In this document: positions 1-9,424 of the stretch, piece by piece
How the letters are laid out: every line of letters begins with the position of its first letter
Position numbering within the stretch: the first letter of the stretch is position 1
NCBI GenBank assembly: GCA_037917675.1
Contig: JAVCBW010000034.1
Location: 20,489-84,488 of the forward strand
DNA from: Thermoproteota archaeon
Lineage (GTDB): Archaea > Korarchaeota > Korarchaeia > B14-G2
Direction: 5' to 3'
Length of the DNA: 64,000 bases
Notes under the pieces: generated by a model
What the model saw: the letters and a program-made list of their open reading frames with translations, nothing else
The model's database searches: none
What the model was told of the DNA's origin: nothing
Translations under genes and position numbers: made by a program

Positions 1-489
1 GTGGAGGGCTTCAAGCTAGATGTCATAGAGTCACCTGGCCACGCCTATCATCATGTCTGCTACTTCATACCTGACATGAAGGTGCTGTTCTCAGGAGATG
101 CAGCTGGAATAAGGCTTCCTAAAGCTGAAGCCGTAGCTCCAACCACACCTCCACCATTCCGCCTTGACCTGGAGCTCAAGACCCTAGATAAGCTAGCTTC
201 TCTCTCACCAGAGTACATATGCTACACACACTTTGGAGCATATCCTGGTGCAGTAGAGAAGATCCTAGAGTATAGGAGTCAGCTTGAGCTCTGGTATACA
301 GCTGTAAGAGAGATGCTAGACAGGGAAGCTAGCCTAGATGACATGTTCAGTGAGCTGGAGAAAAGAGACTCTAGGCTGAGCAGGATCCTTGAAGCTTACC
401 CACAGGAGTTCATCAGGCAGCTCCTATACTCGAGTCTAGTAGGCATGATGCAGTATGCTATAGGAGAGAGCTTAAGCTCTGAAGCATAG
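1..489 (+). CDS. MBL-fold metallo-hydrolase, C-terminal part (5' end outside window)
   Basis: ORF open at window start; SPGHAYHH and SGDAAG motifs resemble metallo-beta-lactamase-fold metal ligands. Confidence 0.55.
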   Translation: MEGFKLDVIESPGHAYHHVCYFIPDMKVLFSGDAAGIRLPKAEAVAPTTPPPFRLDLELKTLDKLASLSPEYICYTHFGAYPGAVEKILEYRSQLELWYTAVREMLDREASLDDMFSELEKRDSRLSRILEAYPQEFIRQLLYSSLVGMMQYAIGESLSSEA

Positions 490-1605
490 CATCTTCACCT
501 GAAGCCCTCCATAGGGTAGTGCTCTCCTCTCAGCTAGCTCCATGTGTCTGCCTAGCTCCTCCTCGAGGACTCCTGCCACCCCTGCCTCAGATATGATGCA
601 CACTACTTCATGGACACACTCTGCTAGAGCATCTGAGAGCCTCCTATAGAGCTCAGCTATCCTGCCTCTCCTCCCAGACCTATACCCGAATGGCGGGTTA
701 GATAGAGCATACTCGACACTATACCTCCTATAGACCTCTAGGAAGTCTCCTACTGTGAAGTCTATGGTGTGGACTCCAGCTCTAGCTGCATTGAGGACAG
801 CTCCCTGGATGTGCTTGGGGCTGACATCTACACCATAGAGCTCTGGGCTACACCTCCTAGACATACGCTCCCTGAGCTTAGCCAGCTCCTCTCTGACATC
901 AAGCTCCGAGAAGGGCTTTAGCCTGGCTAGAGGATAGCTCCTCCTAAAGCTTCCAGGAGGTATCCCGAGAGCCATCATCCCAGCCTCAATCAGTATGGTC
1001 CCACTCCCACACATTGGGTCTAGGAGGCTCTTCTCGCAAGTCCACTCTGAGAGCCTCAGCATACAGGATGCTAGCACAGGGTTGAGTGGAGCAGGGTGGT
1101 TATACACCCTATATCCTCTCTTGTGAAGTGACGCTCCACTTGTATCGACACCAAAGTAGAAGAGGTCATCGATCACATAGCATCTGACAACAACATCTGG
1201 GTTGCTCAAGTCCACCTTAATCCTCCTGTCAAAGTAGTCTACGATAGCCTGCCCAGCTACCCTATTCACGTCAATGGAGGTGTAGCTGTGCTCGCCGTGC
1301 CTAGCGGTCCTCACAGCAAACGTAGAGCTCTCATCGAAGAGCTCACGCCACTCAAAGCTCCTCACCGCCCTATAGATCTCATCAAGTCCCTCTCTGCCAA
1401 GTGAAACCCTACTGCAGCCACCATACACTAGGACTCTAAGCAGGGTCCTACAGCCTAAGTTCAGTGTCAGGAATTCTCTTGGAGAGCATCTGAAGACAGC
1501 TCTCCCACGCCCAACAACCCTGAGCTCTCTTCCACCTAGCAGCTCAGCTATCTCACTAGCTGCAATGTCCTCAAGCCCCCAAAAGCATATGGCGAGAGCC
1601 TCCAT
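472..1605 (-). CDS. THUMP-domain SAM-dependent RNA (guanine-N2) methyltransferase, Trm14/RlmL-like
   Basis: 377-aa ORF; N-terminal THUMP-like region, SAM motif I DPMCGSGTILIEA, catalytic motif NPPFG. Confidence 0.75.
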   Translation of the reverse strand: MEALAICFWGLEDIAASEIAELLGGRELRVVGRGRAVFRCSPREFLTLNLGCRTLLRVLVYGGCSRVSLGREGLDEIYRAVRSFEWRELFDESSTFAVRTARHGEHSYTSIDVNRVAGQAIVDYFDRRIKVDLSNPDVVVRCYVIDDLFYFGVDTSGASLHKRGYRVYNHPAPLNPVLASCMLRLSEWTCEKSLLDPMCGSGTILIEAGMMALGIPPGSFRRSYPLARLKPFSELDVREELAKLRERMSRRCSPELYGVDVSPKHIQGAVLNAARAGVHTIDFTVGDFLEVYRRYSVEYALSNPPFGYRSGRRGRIAELYRRLSDALAECVHEVVCIISEAGVAGVLEEELGRHMELAERRALPYGGLQVKMLCFRA

Positions 1606-1926
1606 CCACTACCCACCATAGAGCTGCCTGTAGCTACACCCCTACTAGGCAGCTACACTACTGCCTTAGGAAGCTGATAAACCAGACGGTATCTAGATGC
1701 CAGCTACCAGAAGCAAGCTGAAGCTCTAGCTGATGACGAGCATCCTCGAAGCTATCTGGAGCTTAGCATAGAGCTGAGACAGGATGCATGATAGATGTAG
1801 CTGTCATGCTTCAGGCCATATGCCTCATCAGCCTAGCTAGGGGCTATCTACAGCTTATAGCCTCAGCACTGCTCTGAACGAGCTCTATGCTAGATGGGAG
1901 CTATGAGTATACGCCTTGTGAAACCG

Positions 1927-1934
1927 TTAAATAT
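1927..1934 (+). promoter_or_regulatory. TATA-like box (TTAAATAT) upstream of candidate ncRNA
   Basis: AT-rich octamer in an otherwise G+C-rich region; the 1956-1991 hairpin starts about 26 nt downstream of its centre. Confidence 0.35.
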
Positions 1935-1946
1935 TTGGTGAATGTT

Positions 1947-2094
1947 GGTGGGTGTGAAGGCCGTCTGGTCGCTAAGCGACCATCAGGCTTCAACCTTCAG
2001 ATGTGGGGCGCAGGAGGTTCCCTCGAAGGGGGTGAGACCACTATGGTCGATGTAAACCAAGGCAGATGTCCACTCACCAACGCAGACACCCGCC
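1947..2094 (+). ncRNA. Candidate structured non-coding RNA, class unknown
   Basis: Hand-folded helices: hairpin 1956-1991; GGTGAG 2031-2036 / CTCACC 2073-2078; GGTGGGTGT 1947-1955 / ACACCCGCC 2086-2094. The overlapping 94-aa ORF uses CGN Arg codons atypical for this window. Confidence 0.3.
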
Positions 2095-2129
2095 GAACCC
2101 ATGCTGCCTCCTCTCAGCTTATGGTGGAG

Positions 2130-2139
2130 CTTTTAAGAC
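2130..2139 (+). promoter_or_regulatory. TATA-like box (CTTTTAAGAC) for coaBC; its T4 run could also end the upstream RNA
   Basis: Centre lies about 33 nt upstream of the TTG start at 2168, implying a very short leader. Confidence 0.4.
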
Positions 2140-2167
2140 AGCTTCTGCCATGCTATGTGGTGGTTGA

Positions 2168-3406
2168 TTGAGCCACCTTAAGGGGATTACTGGAAGCTTG
2201 AGCAGGAGGCTTGAAGGCAGGAGGATTGTCCTCTGTATAACTGGGAGTGTAGCTGCTATGGAGGCTCCTAGGCTTGCAAGGGAGCTTATGAGGCATGGTG
2301 CTGACGTGAATGTAGTGATGTCTAATGCTGCTTGCAAGCTTATCGGCCCAGATCTAATGGAGTGGGCTACTGGTAACCCTGTCATCACAGAGCTCACTGG
2401 GAGGCTAGAGCATGTTGAGCTTGCTGGAGACTGGGAGGGTAAGGCTGACTTGGTGCTGGTATATCCTGCTACAGCTAACACAATAAGCAAGATAGCTCAT
2501 GGAGTAGATGACACACCTGTTACAACAGTTGTTTCCACTGCACTAGGATCTGGGATCCCTGTGCTCGTTGCTCCAGCCATGCACCACTCCATGTACAGGA
2601 ACCCCTTTGTAGCTGAGAGCTTAAGGAGGCTCTCTGAGGGGGGTGTGAGGGTCATCCAGCCTAGGATAGAGGAGGGGAAGGCTAAGGTCGCTAGCGTAGA
2701 TGAGGCTGTAGAGGAGGTCCTAAGAGAGCTTTCCCCAAGAGACTATGGTGGTGTTAGAGCTATTGTGACTGCTGGCCCGACAGTAGAGTGCATCGACTCA
2801 GTGCGTGTAGTCACGAACATGAGCTCTGGCATGATGGGTATTGAGCTAGCTAAGGAGCTATATAGGCGTGGTGCTGAGGTCAAGCTTATCTATGGCCCAG
2901 GGACAGTTCAGCCTCCAAGCTGGATAGAGACCATAAGGGTTATGTCAGCTCAGGACATGCTTCAGGCGGTCAGATCTGAGCTATCTAGCCGGGAGTATAG
3001 CCTCTTCATAGGGGCTGCTGCAGTCTCAGACTATGCTCCAGAGGAGACTCTGCCAGGTAAGCTCTCTACCAGAGAGGTCAGAGAGCTTACTCTCAAGCTT
3101 GTCCAGACACCTAAGATACTTGAGGCTGTCAGGGAGGCTAGCAGTAGCATAAGGATAGTTGCGTTTAAGGCTGAGTTCGGAGTGAGTAGAGATGTGCTCG
3201 TGGAGAGGGCGAGAAGGAAGCTGAGGGAGCTGGGTGCAGAGATGGTTGTCGCAAACGACCTAGCTAAGCCAGGGGCAGGCTTCAGGTCTGAGACAAACCA
3301 GGCCATAATAGTAGACAAGACAGGAGCTGTAGTAGAGCTGCCTCTGATGCCTAAGAGTGAGCTGGCTAAGGCAATCCTAGACCACCTAGCTTCACTAGGA
3401 TGGTAG
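2168..3406 (+). CDS. coaBC: Bifunctional phosphopantothenoylcysteine decarboxylase / phosphopantothenate-cysteine ligase
   Basis: 412 aa; flavoprotein N-domain (RIVLCITGSVAA, PAMHHSMY); CoaB domain (VTAGPTVECIDSVRVVTNMSSGMMG, AAAVSDY). Confidence 0.85.
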   Translation: MSHLKGITGSLSRRLEGRRIVLCITGSVAAMEAPRLARELMRHGADVNVVMSNAACKLIGPDLMEWATGNPVITELTGRLEHVELAGDWEGKADLVLVYPATANTISKIAHGVDDTPVTTVVSTALGSGIPVLVAPAMHHSMYRNPFVAESLRRLSEGGVRVIQPRIEEGKAKVASVDEAVEEVLRELSPRDYGGVRAIVTAGPTVECIDSVRVVTNMSSGMMGIELAKELYRRGAEVKLIYGPGTVQPPSWIETIRVMSAQDMLQAVRSELSSREYSLFIGAAAVSDYAPEETLPGKLSTREVRELTLKLVQTPKILEAVREASSSIRIVAFKAEFGVSRDVLVERARRKLRELGAEMVVANDLAKPGAGFRSETNQAIIVDKTGAVVELPLMPKSELAKAILDHLASLGW

Positions 3407-3407
3407 C

Positions 3408-4097
3408 ATGTGCACCATAGTAGCTCTGCTCTCAGATGGAGAGCTGCTCTTCCTGGAGAACAGAGACATACCAGATGAGAGGTTCATTGGAGACATGCCA
3501 GCTATGCTGAGAGGAGTAGCTGCGTTATTCGACTTGAGGTCGAGTGGCATAGTATGTGGCTATAGCCTAAGGTCTAAGGTGTATGGTGGAGTTGTAAATG
3601 TGCTAGGCTATGAGGCTCCGAAGTCACGTGGTGTACTTCTCCTCAAGACTCTGGTGAAGGCAAGCTCTCTAAGCGATGCCTTAAGCTACATGACTAGGGA
3701 GCTTGAGACAGGAGAGTATAGCTCAGCAGTCTACCTGATAGGTGACATGAGCTCGATGCTGAGAGTCGAGAGCTATGGTAGGAAGGTCTACATAGAGGAG
3801 CTAGACAACACAGCCATAGTGACAAACATATTCCACAGCCTGAGAGACGGCTTGTACCTGGAGGCTTCAGCAGCAAGAGAGGCAGCTGTAAGAGAGTTCC
3901 TACATCATAGGAGCCCTCTCTCACTAGGAGGCATCATGCAGCTAGCAAGGCTCCACAGAGGGCTGGGCTCAGTCTGCAGGCATGGGGTTAAGCACACTGT
4001 CTCAAGCATGATATTCAAGGCTTCTCAAGAGGGGTTTGAAGCATACTACTGCCGTAGCCAGCCATGTAGGTTCCAGTACTCTAAGGTGTGCTTCTAG
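3408..4097 (+). CDS. NRDE/TANGO2-family (Ntn-hydrolase-like) protein
   Basis: Starts Met-Cys (MCTIVALL) followed by an ENRD motif, as in the NRDE/TANGO2 family (from memory); ATG lies 1 nt after the coaBC stop. Confidence 0.5.
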   Translation: MCTIVALLSDGELLFLENRDIPDERFIGDMPAMLRGVAALFDLRSSGIVCGYSLRSKVYGGVVNVLGYEAPKSRGVLLLKTLVKASSLSDALSYMTRELETGEYSSAVYLIGDMSSMLRVESYGRKVYIEELDNTAIVTNIFHSLRDGLYLEASAAREAAVREFLHHRSPLSLGGIMQLARLHRGLGSVCRHGVKHTVSSMIFKASQEGFEAYYCRSQPCRFQYSKVCF

Positions 4098-4123
4098 CCT
4101 AGCATGGAGATGCTTTAGCTAGG

Positions 4124-4900
4124 CTAGCTTGGCTGACGCCTCTCTGGCAGCTTGCAGAAGACTCTCTCTCCTCTCTTAGCGACCTCTACTCCAGCTCTCT
4201 TCAAGCTCTCTTGGACATGAGGGTATAGGACTAGAGTCTCAAACTCGACTTCAGCTAGCTTGCTGCTGATCTCACTCAGCTTTCTGATGAGAGATGCCAG
4301 CTTCCTCTCATCTATGAACTCTAGCATCACTGCTGCGTTACATGACATCCCTTCTCTGACCAGGTTCTCTAGCGCCCTGAGCTGGAGGCTGAACGCCTCT
4401 CTTCCAGCTCCAGTTAGGGCCTCGAAGTCTTCTGGTGTAGCTCCCTTGAGGCTTACTCTCACGTGGGTGAAGTCTCTCGCTTCGCTGGCAAGCTCCTCTG
4501 CATATGCTCTCGAGGACCCGAGCACTATGCCATTTGTTTCAAGTATGAATATCCTCCCTCTCCTGCTATGCTTCAGCTCTCTCAGGACTCCCATGAGGTG
4601 TGTCCAGCCTAGTGTAGGCTCATTTCCACTTATCCTGAGCAGCATGTATCCTCGGCTTTCAGCTATCGAGGTGAGCTTCCCTGCGACTTGCCTTGGGCTG
4701 TAGAACCTGCCTACTGTCTTGAAGCTGTCTCTTGGCTTGGCGCTCCAGCAGAATATGCACCTTAGATTGCAGCCTACACAGTCTGCTGTCGCTATGCCGC
4801 CATAGAATGGAGCTGGCCTGAACCTATAGTACTTTCTCTCCTCTCCTCTGAGGACATGCTCCTCTATAGCCCTACCGTGCTTAAGGGGGTCGAAGGGCAA
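4124..4900 (-). CDS. Radical SAM protein (small, no SPASM region)
   Basis: 258 aa; CNLRCIFC is a CxxxCxxC motif preceded by GGIATADCVG; last gene of the aor operon. Confidence 0.75.
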   Translation of the reverse strand: MPFDPLKHGRAIEEHVLRGEERKYYRFRPAPFYGGIATADCVGCNLRCIFCWSAKPRDSFKTVGRFYSPRQVAGKLTSIAESRGYMLLRISGNEPTLGWTHLMGVLRELKHSRRGRIFILETNGIVLGSSRAYAEELASEARDFTHVRVSLKGATPEDFEALTGAGREAFSLQLRALENLVREGMSCNAAVMLEFIDERKLASLIRKLSEISSKLAEVEFETLVLYPHVQESLKRAGVEVAKRGERVFCKLPERRQPS

Positions 4901-4924
4901 TAGACCACCAAAAATTGGAGTGGG

Positions 4925-6085
4925 CTAGAAGTCTACTCTCCTCCCCTCATACATGTACTTGAGGAGCCTCCTGTAGTCTTCGTGAGATGGTATTCTAGGG
5001 TTGACTGTGGTTCCACTTGAAGATGCTGCTAGCTTGACGAGCTTGTCCATGTTCTCCTCAAGCTCTCTCTCTGACACCCCGCTTTCAGCTAGAGTCGATG
5101 GAAGCCTCAGCTCGCTGAGTAGCCTCCTGACTTCGTCAGCTAGCTTGAGCCCAGCTTCCCTCTTGCTCACGTAGCTTAGCCTGAGGTGGTGTGCTATGTC
5201 CTCAAGCCTATCCTCTGCCTCAGGTAGGTCATACTCTATGGTGTAAGGTAGGCATACTCCAACTATCTCTCCATGTGGGATCTTGAAGACTCCTCCTATC
5301 GCATGAGCTAAGGCGTGAGCTACACCTATCATGGAGTTACTGAATGCTAGCCCAGCTATAGTAGCTGCATTATGCATCTTCTCTCTAGCTTCCATGTCAT
5401 CTGGGTTCCTGTATGCCCTTGGCAGGTAGCTGAAGACTAGCTCTATAGCTTTCAGAGCTAAGCCATCTGTGAAGTCGTTTGCCCACTGGCTCACATATGC
5501 CTCTATGGCATGTGCTAGGACATCCATGCCTGTTGCAGCAGTGAGCTTTGGAGGCATGCTCCTAGCTAGCCTTGGGTCTACTATAGCTATGTCTGGGATC
5601 AGCTCATGGTGTGCTAGCTCCATCTTCCTGTGCTCAGCTGGGTCAGTTATCACAGCAGCCCAAGTTGCTTCCGAGCCTGTCCCACTGGTAGTAGGTATGG
5701 CTATGAGCCTAGCTTTCTCTCTCAGCTTGAGCTCAGCTAGCGGAGCTATCTCCTCTATGCTGAGCTCTGGGTTCTCGTATAGCGCCCATATGGCTTTAGC
5801 TGTGTCTATGCATGAGCCTCCTCCCACAGCTACTATGAGGTCTGGCTGCACTCTCCTAGCGGCTTCAAGCCCTCTAGCAACGCAAGACGTTGTAGGCTCA
5901 GCTTCTACTCCATCATAGAGCTCGACTTCAACTCCAGCTTCCCTAAGCTTCTCAGCTATGCTCTCTGCTGCAAGCCTCCTTAGCACCCTATCTGTCACTA
6001 TGAGAGCCTGTCTTCCCCTGATCTCGCTCAGGTAGTCTAGTGCATCCTCTCCGAACACTACCTTAGGGGAGATGAAGTACCACAA
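4925..6085 (-). CDS. Iron-containing alcohol dehydrogenase
   Basis: 386 aa; VGGGSCIDTAKA and HALAHAIGG motifs of the Fe-ADH family. Confidence 0.85.
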   Translation of the reverse strand: MWYFISPKVVFGEDALDYLSEIRGRQALIVTDRVLRRLAAESIAEKLREAGVEVELYDGVEAEPTTSCVARGLEAARRVQPDLIVAVGGGSCIDTAKAIWALYENPELSIEEIAPLAELKLREKARLIAIPTTSGTGSEATWAAVITDPAEHRKMELAHHELIPDIAIVDPRLARSMPPKLTAATGMDVLAHAIEAYVSQWANDFTDGLALKAIELVFSYLPRAYRNPDDMEAREKMHNAATIAGLAFSNSMIGVAHALAHAIGGVFKIPHGEIVGVCLPYTIEYDLPEAEDRLEDIAHHLRLSYVSKREAGLKLADEVRRLLSELRLPSTLAESGVSERELEENMDKLVKLAASSSGTTVNPRIPSHEDYRRLLKYMYEGRRVDF

Positions 6086-6096
6086 GCTCTCAGCCG

Positions 6097-6522
6097 CTAG
6101 ATGAACTCTGTTGGAACCTTGCTTGCTGTCTCAACGAGCAGCTTAGCTGCCTTCGTATACCTCATGACCTTAGCCATGTTCCCCTTCAGCTTGAACTTCC
6201 TGGTCAGCAGGCCCTTGATAGGGTCTATCTCGCCTCTGATGAGCTTCTTCCAGTTGGAGTAAGGCCCCTCGTAAACGAACTCTGTCTTAACCTCACTTCG
6301 GCTTGAGACCATCCTAGCATCTCTACACTTCCCATGATAGAGGTCTACATAGAAGCAGTACTCTCTGTCAAGCCCCTCATCTGGAGTTATCACGAAGAGG
6401 AAGTCGCCCTCCCAGTCTCTAGCTGCCTCCTCATACTCCCTGTTCCTGTTAAGCTCCTCCTTGAACGCCTTAATCCACTCTTCACTAGGGAACTTGTACC
6501 TCATGCTCAACATGCTCACCAT
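6097..6522 (-). CDS. SCP2 (sterol-carrier-protein-2 fold) domain protein
   Basis: 141 aa; C-terminal KFKLKGNMAKVMRYTKAAKLL pattern typical of the SCP2 fold. Confidence 0.6.
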   Translation of the reverse strand: MVSMLSMRYKFPSEEWIKAFKEELNRNREYEEAARDWEGDFLFVITPDEGLDREYCFYVDLYHGKCRDARMVSSRSEVKTEFVYEGPYSNWKKLIRGEIDPIKGLLTRKFKLKGNMAKVMRYTKAAKLLVETASKVPTEFI

Positions 6523-6533
6523 AACCCTCTACC

Positions 6534-8390
6534 CTAGGTGGTTGATAACGCTGACCCAGATGACCAAATGTCTCCAGCTACATCCTCGAGCCCAAGCTCA
6601 GCTAGAGTCTTCCTGAGGGGCTTCCCTGTCTTAGGATCCCACCCTCTAGCATCATAGAGCTCTCTGAGCTGCCTGCTCAGGTCTGGCACATGCCCCTGTG
6701 TGCCTCCCTCTCTCAGAGGCTCCATGACGACCTTAGGTAGCCTATCGTTTGCAGCAGTGTCTCCGAGCTTCATGTTGAAGCACCTCTTCAGGTCGAATAT
6801 CCTCCTCCCAGCCTTCATGAGCTCCTCTATGCTGTAGCTCCAGCCTGTAGCATAGGAGAGCATCTCAGCTGTCAGCTTCACAGGTATGTTCGCGAACTGG
6901 CACATTATCAGAGAGTTATAGACGCTCCTGAGATCCTGACACCTAGCTGCCACATACCCCTTACCCTCATTTAGGAACCTGTCTCCTGATGTTATCCCAA
7001 CCTCAGGGAAGTCTTGGCCTAAGTCAACTAGCCAGACGTCACCTTGGAGGTGGCATGCGCCTCTAGGTGACGTAGCATAGCATACTGCCTGCCCTAGGAA
7101 CGCTCTGGGATCATGCATCGGTATCTCAAGCCCTCTGACATGGGCAGCATACTCCTCCATCCCATACCTGGCAGCAAGCTCCTTGACTCCTCTGGCAAGA
7201 TGCCTTCCAAACCCTTCTCCTCTAGCTGTCATCTCTATGAGCTTGTGGACAGCCTCGACATCACCCCAGTTGAGCTCGAATCCGACCTCCTCTCTTGTGA
7301 TAGCTCCCCTCTCATAGAGGAACATGGCGAAGCCTATTGTAACCCCCATGCTTATGGTGTCTAGCCCATAGAGGTTGCAGAGGTAGTTTGCGTAGGCGAT
7401 CCCCTCTAGGTCTGATATGAGGAGCAGAGACCCCAGGGATGCTACAGTCTCATATTCTGGGCCATCTGTCTCTGGAGTCTGGTACCTACCTGAGAGCTTG
7501 ACTACCCTACCACACCCTATTGGGCAGCCATAGCATGCTCTTCTCCCTACTAGGATCGTGGAAGCCATGGCTATGCCGCTTATCTTGTCGACTTCCTTGA
7601 AAAAGCCTCCAGTGAAGTACTTGGTAGGCATGTCTCCTATCTCCTGCCCCATCTCAGCATACCCTGATGTCCCAAGCTCCCTATACATGGAGGTCGTCAA
7701 AAGCTCAAGCAGCTGCTGCCTAGCTTCGCCTACAGCCTTCCTGAACCCAGCTGGGTCAGCTGCCTCCACTCTAAGAGAGCCTGAGACAGCTATAGCCTTC
7801 AGGTTCTTGCTCCCCATCAAGGCTCCAAGCCCACACCTAGCTGCCATACGCCCCTTGTCATTGGCTACTCCAGCTATCCTGACGAGGTTCTCTCCAGCAG
7901 GCCCAATGCAGGCTACACTAACCTTCTCACCTAAGTCCTTTGATATGGCCTCCTGTGTCTCGAAGGTTGTAGCTCCCTTGAGCCCCTCACAGCTCCTGAT
8001 CTCACACTCACCGTCCCTGACATACAGGTAGCTGAGCTCTCTGGCTCTCCCAACTATGAGTAAGCCATCTACTCCAGCCTTCTTCAGCCTAGCTCCAAAA
8101 GCTCCTCCAGCATTAGCTTCACCCCATAACCCAGTCTGAGGGCTTCTGCCACAGACTACATGCCTGCCACACGCTGGAGCTTGAGTCCCTACTAGAGGCC
8201 CAGCCATGAAGACAAGTGGGCTAGCTGAGTGCAGTGGATCCATGCTCCCATCGACCATGCCATAGATCAGCCTACAGGCAAGCCCGCTTCCACCAATGAA
8301 CTCCTTAACCCACCTCTCATCCAGCTCCTTGAGCTCAGCTCTCCTCTCAGAGAGGTCTACAGCCAGGATCCTACACCAAGCTGAAGTCAA
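6534..8390 (-). CDS. aor: Tungsten-type aldehyde:ferredoxin oxidoreductase
   Basis: 618 aa; N-terminal RILAVDLS, [4Fe-4S] ligand motif CYGCPIGC, length and overall pattern of the AOR family. Confidence 0.9.
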   Translation of the reverse strand: MTSAWCRILAVDLSERRAELKELDERWVKEFIGGSGLACRLIYGMVDGSMDPLHSASPLVFMAGPLVGTQAPACGRHVVCGRSPQTGLWGEANAGGAFGARLKKAGVDGLLIVGRARELSYLYVRDGECEIRSCEGLKGATTFETQEAISKDLGEKVSVACIGPAGENLVRIAGVANDKGRMAARCGLGALMGSKNLKAIAVSGSLRVEAADPAGFRKAVGEARQQLLELLTTSMYRELGTSGYAEMGQEIGDMPTKYFTGGFFKEVDKISGIAMASTILVGRRACYGCPIGCGRVVKLSGRYQTPETDGPEYETVASLGSLLLISDLEGIAYANYLCNLYGLDTISMGVTIGFAMFLYERGAITREEVGFELNWGDVEAVHKLIEMTARGEGFGRHLARGVKELAARYGMEEYAAHVRGLEIPMHDPRAFLGQAVCYATSPRGACHLQGDVWLVDLGQDFPEVGITSGDRFLNEGKGYVAARCQDLRSVYNSLIMCQFANIPVKLTAEMLSYATGWSYSIEELMKAGRRIFDLKRCFNMKLGDTAANDRLPKVVMEPLREGGTQGHVPDLSRQLRELYDARGWDPKTGKPLRKTLAELGLEDVAGDIWSSGSALSTT

Positions 8391-8785
8391 GGAACCACCA
8401 TACCCTACAATGCTACAGCTGTATTAAGCTACTATGCTAAACAGAGCCCTGGCAGCTTCTCTCGAATCTCTTCTTAAGCTATGCTCCTCTCGCTGGGCTG
8501 CGTTCTTCAGGCAGCCTGGTGCCAGAAGCCTACAGATAGACCTATACTCTCCAAGATGGCTGTGAGGTAGCCGCCAGAACAGAGCTAGAGTCAGGATCTA
8601 GCTCCATGCCTTCAGTGTAGCCTCTGTGGTGCAATCATGTAGCTCTCAGCGAAGCACTGATGCTAGATGGCGTGTTGAGAAGGATCTATGAAGGAGGCTA
8701 TAGCCAAAGTAGCCTAGGTAGCATATGCTAGCAGTAACCGACAAGTTAAAAGCGTATGTAGCCTGTGACTTTAAGGTGACACTAC

Positions 8786-9415
8786 ATGAAAGCTTCTCTC
8801 GCTGCTGTCGTTCTCATAGCTATAGCTGTAGCTGCATACGCCCTCTACTCATACACTGGTGCTCCTGAAGCTGCTATGAAGCCTGAAAAGAGCCTCAGTG
8901 GCAAGAGGGTTCTCTTCATAGTGTCTTTCAGAGATTTCAGGGATGAGGAGCTTGAGGTTCCGCTAGCTCACCTGAAGAAGCTTGGTGCTGAAGCCTATGT
9001 TGCCAGCACACAGAGGGGTATAGCGAAGGGCATGCTAGGCATGATTGTTGAAGTCAACTTAACACTAAGTGAGGTCGATGTAGGTGAGTTTGATGCAGTT
9101 GTATTCATTGGTGGAAGTGGGACGCCGAAGTACCTCTGGGGGAACCGTGAGGCAGCTAGGATAGCTAGGGAAGCCTATGAGAGAGGGAAGGTTGTTGCTG
9201 CAATATGTCTTGCTCCAGGCGTGCTAGCTGAGGCAGGTATATTGGAGGGGAAGCGTGCTACAGCGTATCCTGCAGCAAGGCAGATGCTCATAGAGCATGG
9301 AGCAGAGTATGTCAGAGCTAAGGTGGTTGTGGAGGGAAATGTGGTGACAGCATCAGGGCCTGAGGCAGCTGAGGAGTTTGCTGAGGCGATAGCAGACCTC
9401 CTCTCTAGAGGGTGA
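8786..9415 (+). CDS. DJ-1/PfpI family protein with N-terminal membrane anchor or signal
   Basis: 209 aa; hydrophobic N-terminus MKASLAAVVLIAIAVAAYALY; nucleophile-elbow AAICLAPGVL. Confidence 0.8.
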   Translation: MKASLAAVVLIAIAVAAYALYSYTGAPEAAMKPEKSLSGKRVLFIVSFRDFRDEELEVPLAHLKKLGAEAYVASTQRGIAKGMLGMIVEVNLTLSEVDVGEFDAVVFIGGSGTPKYLWGNREAARIAREAYERGKVVAAICLAPGVLAEAGILEGKRATAYPAARQMLIEHGAEYVRAKVVVEGNVVTASGPEAAEEFAEAIADLLSRG

Positions 9416-9424
9416 TATGGTAGC

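Noticed and set aside
1730-1777. Possible second C/D-box sRNA (CTGATGA ... CTGA, 48 nt)
   Set aside because: The outer C-to-D spacing fits, but the internal D' (AAGC) and C' (TCTGGAG) positions are not box-like, the C box starts with a pyrimidine, and there is no TATA-like element about 26 nt upstream. It is probably chance.
1947-2094. Identity of the candidate RNA as 5S rRNA, SRP (7S) RNA or RNase P RNA
   Set aside because: None of the signature motifs I know is present: the 5S loop sequences, the SRP helix-8 GNAR/AGCA motifs, or the RNase P GAGGAAAGUCC-type CR-I. At about 300 nt an SRP RNA would run into the coaBC coding sequence. GGAGGTTC and TGTAAACC only vaguely recall SRP Alu-domain loops.
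1887-2171. 94-aa plus-strand ORF upstream of coaBC
   Set aside because: It uses CGT/CGA/CGC for 4 of 6 Arg codons, unlike the AGG/AGA usage of real genes here. The sequence is not protein-like, and it spans a TATA-like box and strongly self-complementary segments. It is better explained as a non-coding RNA or leader region.
4096-4125. 8-bp inverted repeat AGCCTAGC / GCTAGGCT between two converging genes as a terminator hairpin
   Set aside because: GCTAGC-type palindromes are ubiquitous in this sequence, so an 8-bp match is weak evidence. Archaeal termination usually relies on oligo-T, which is absent here.
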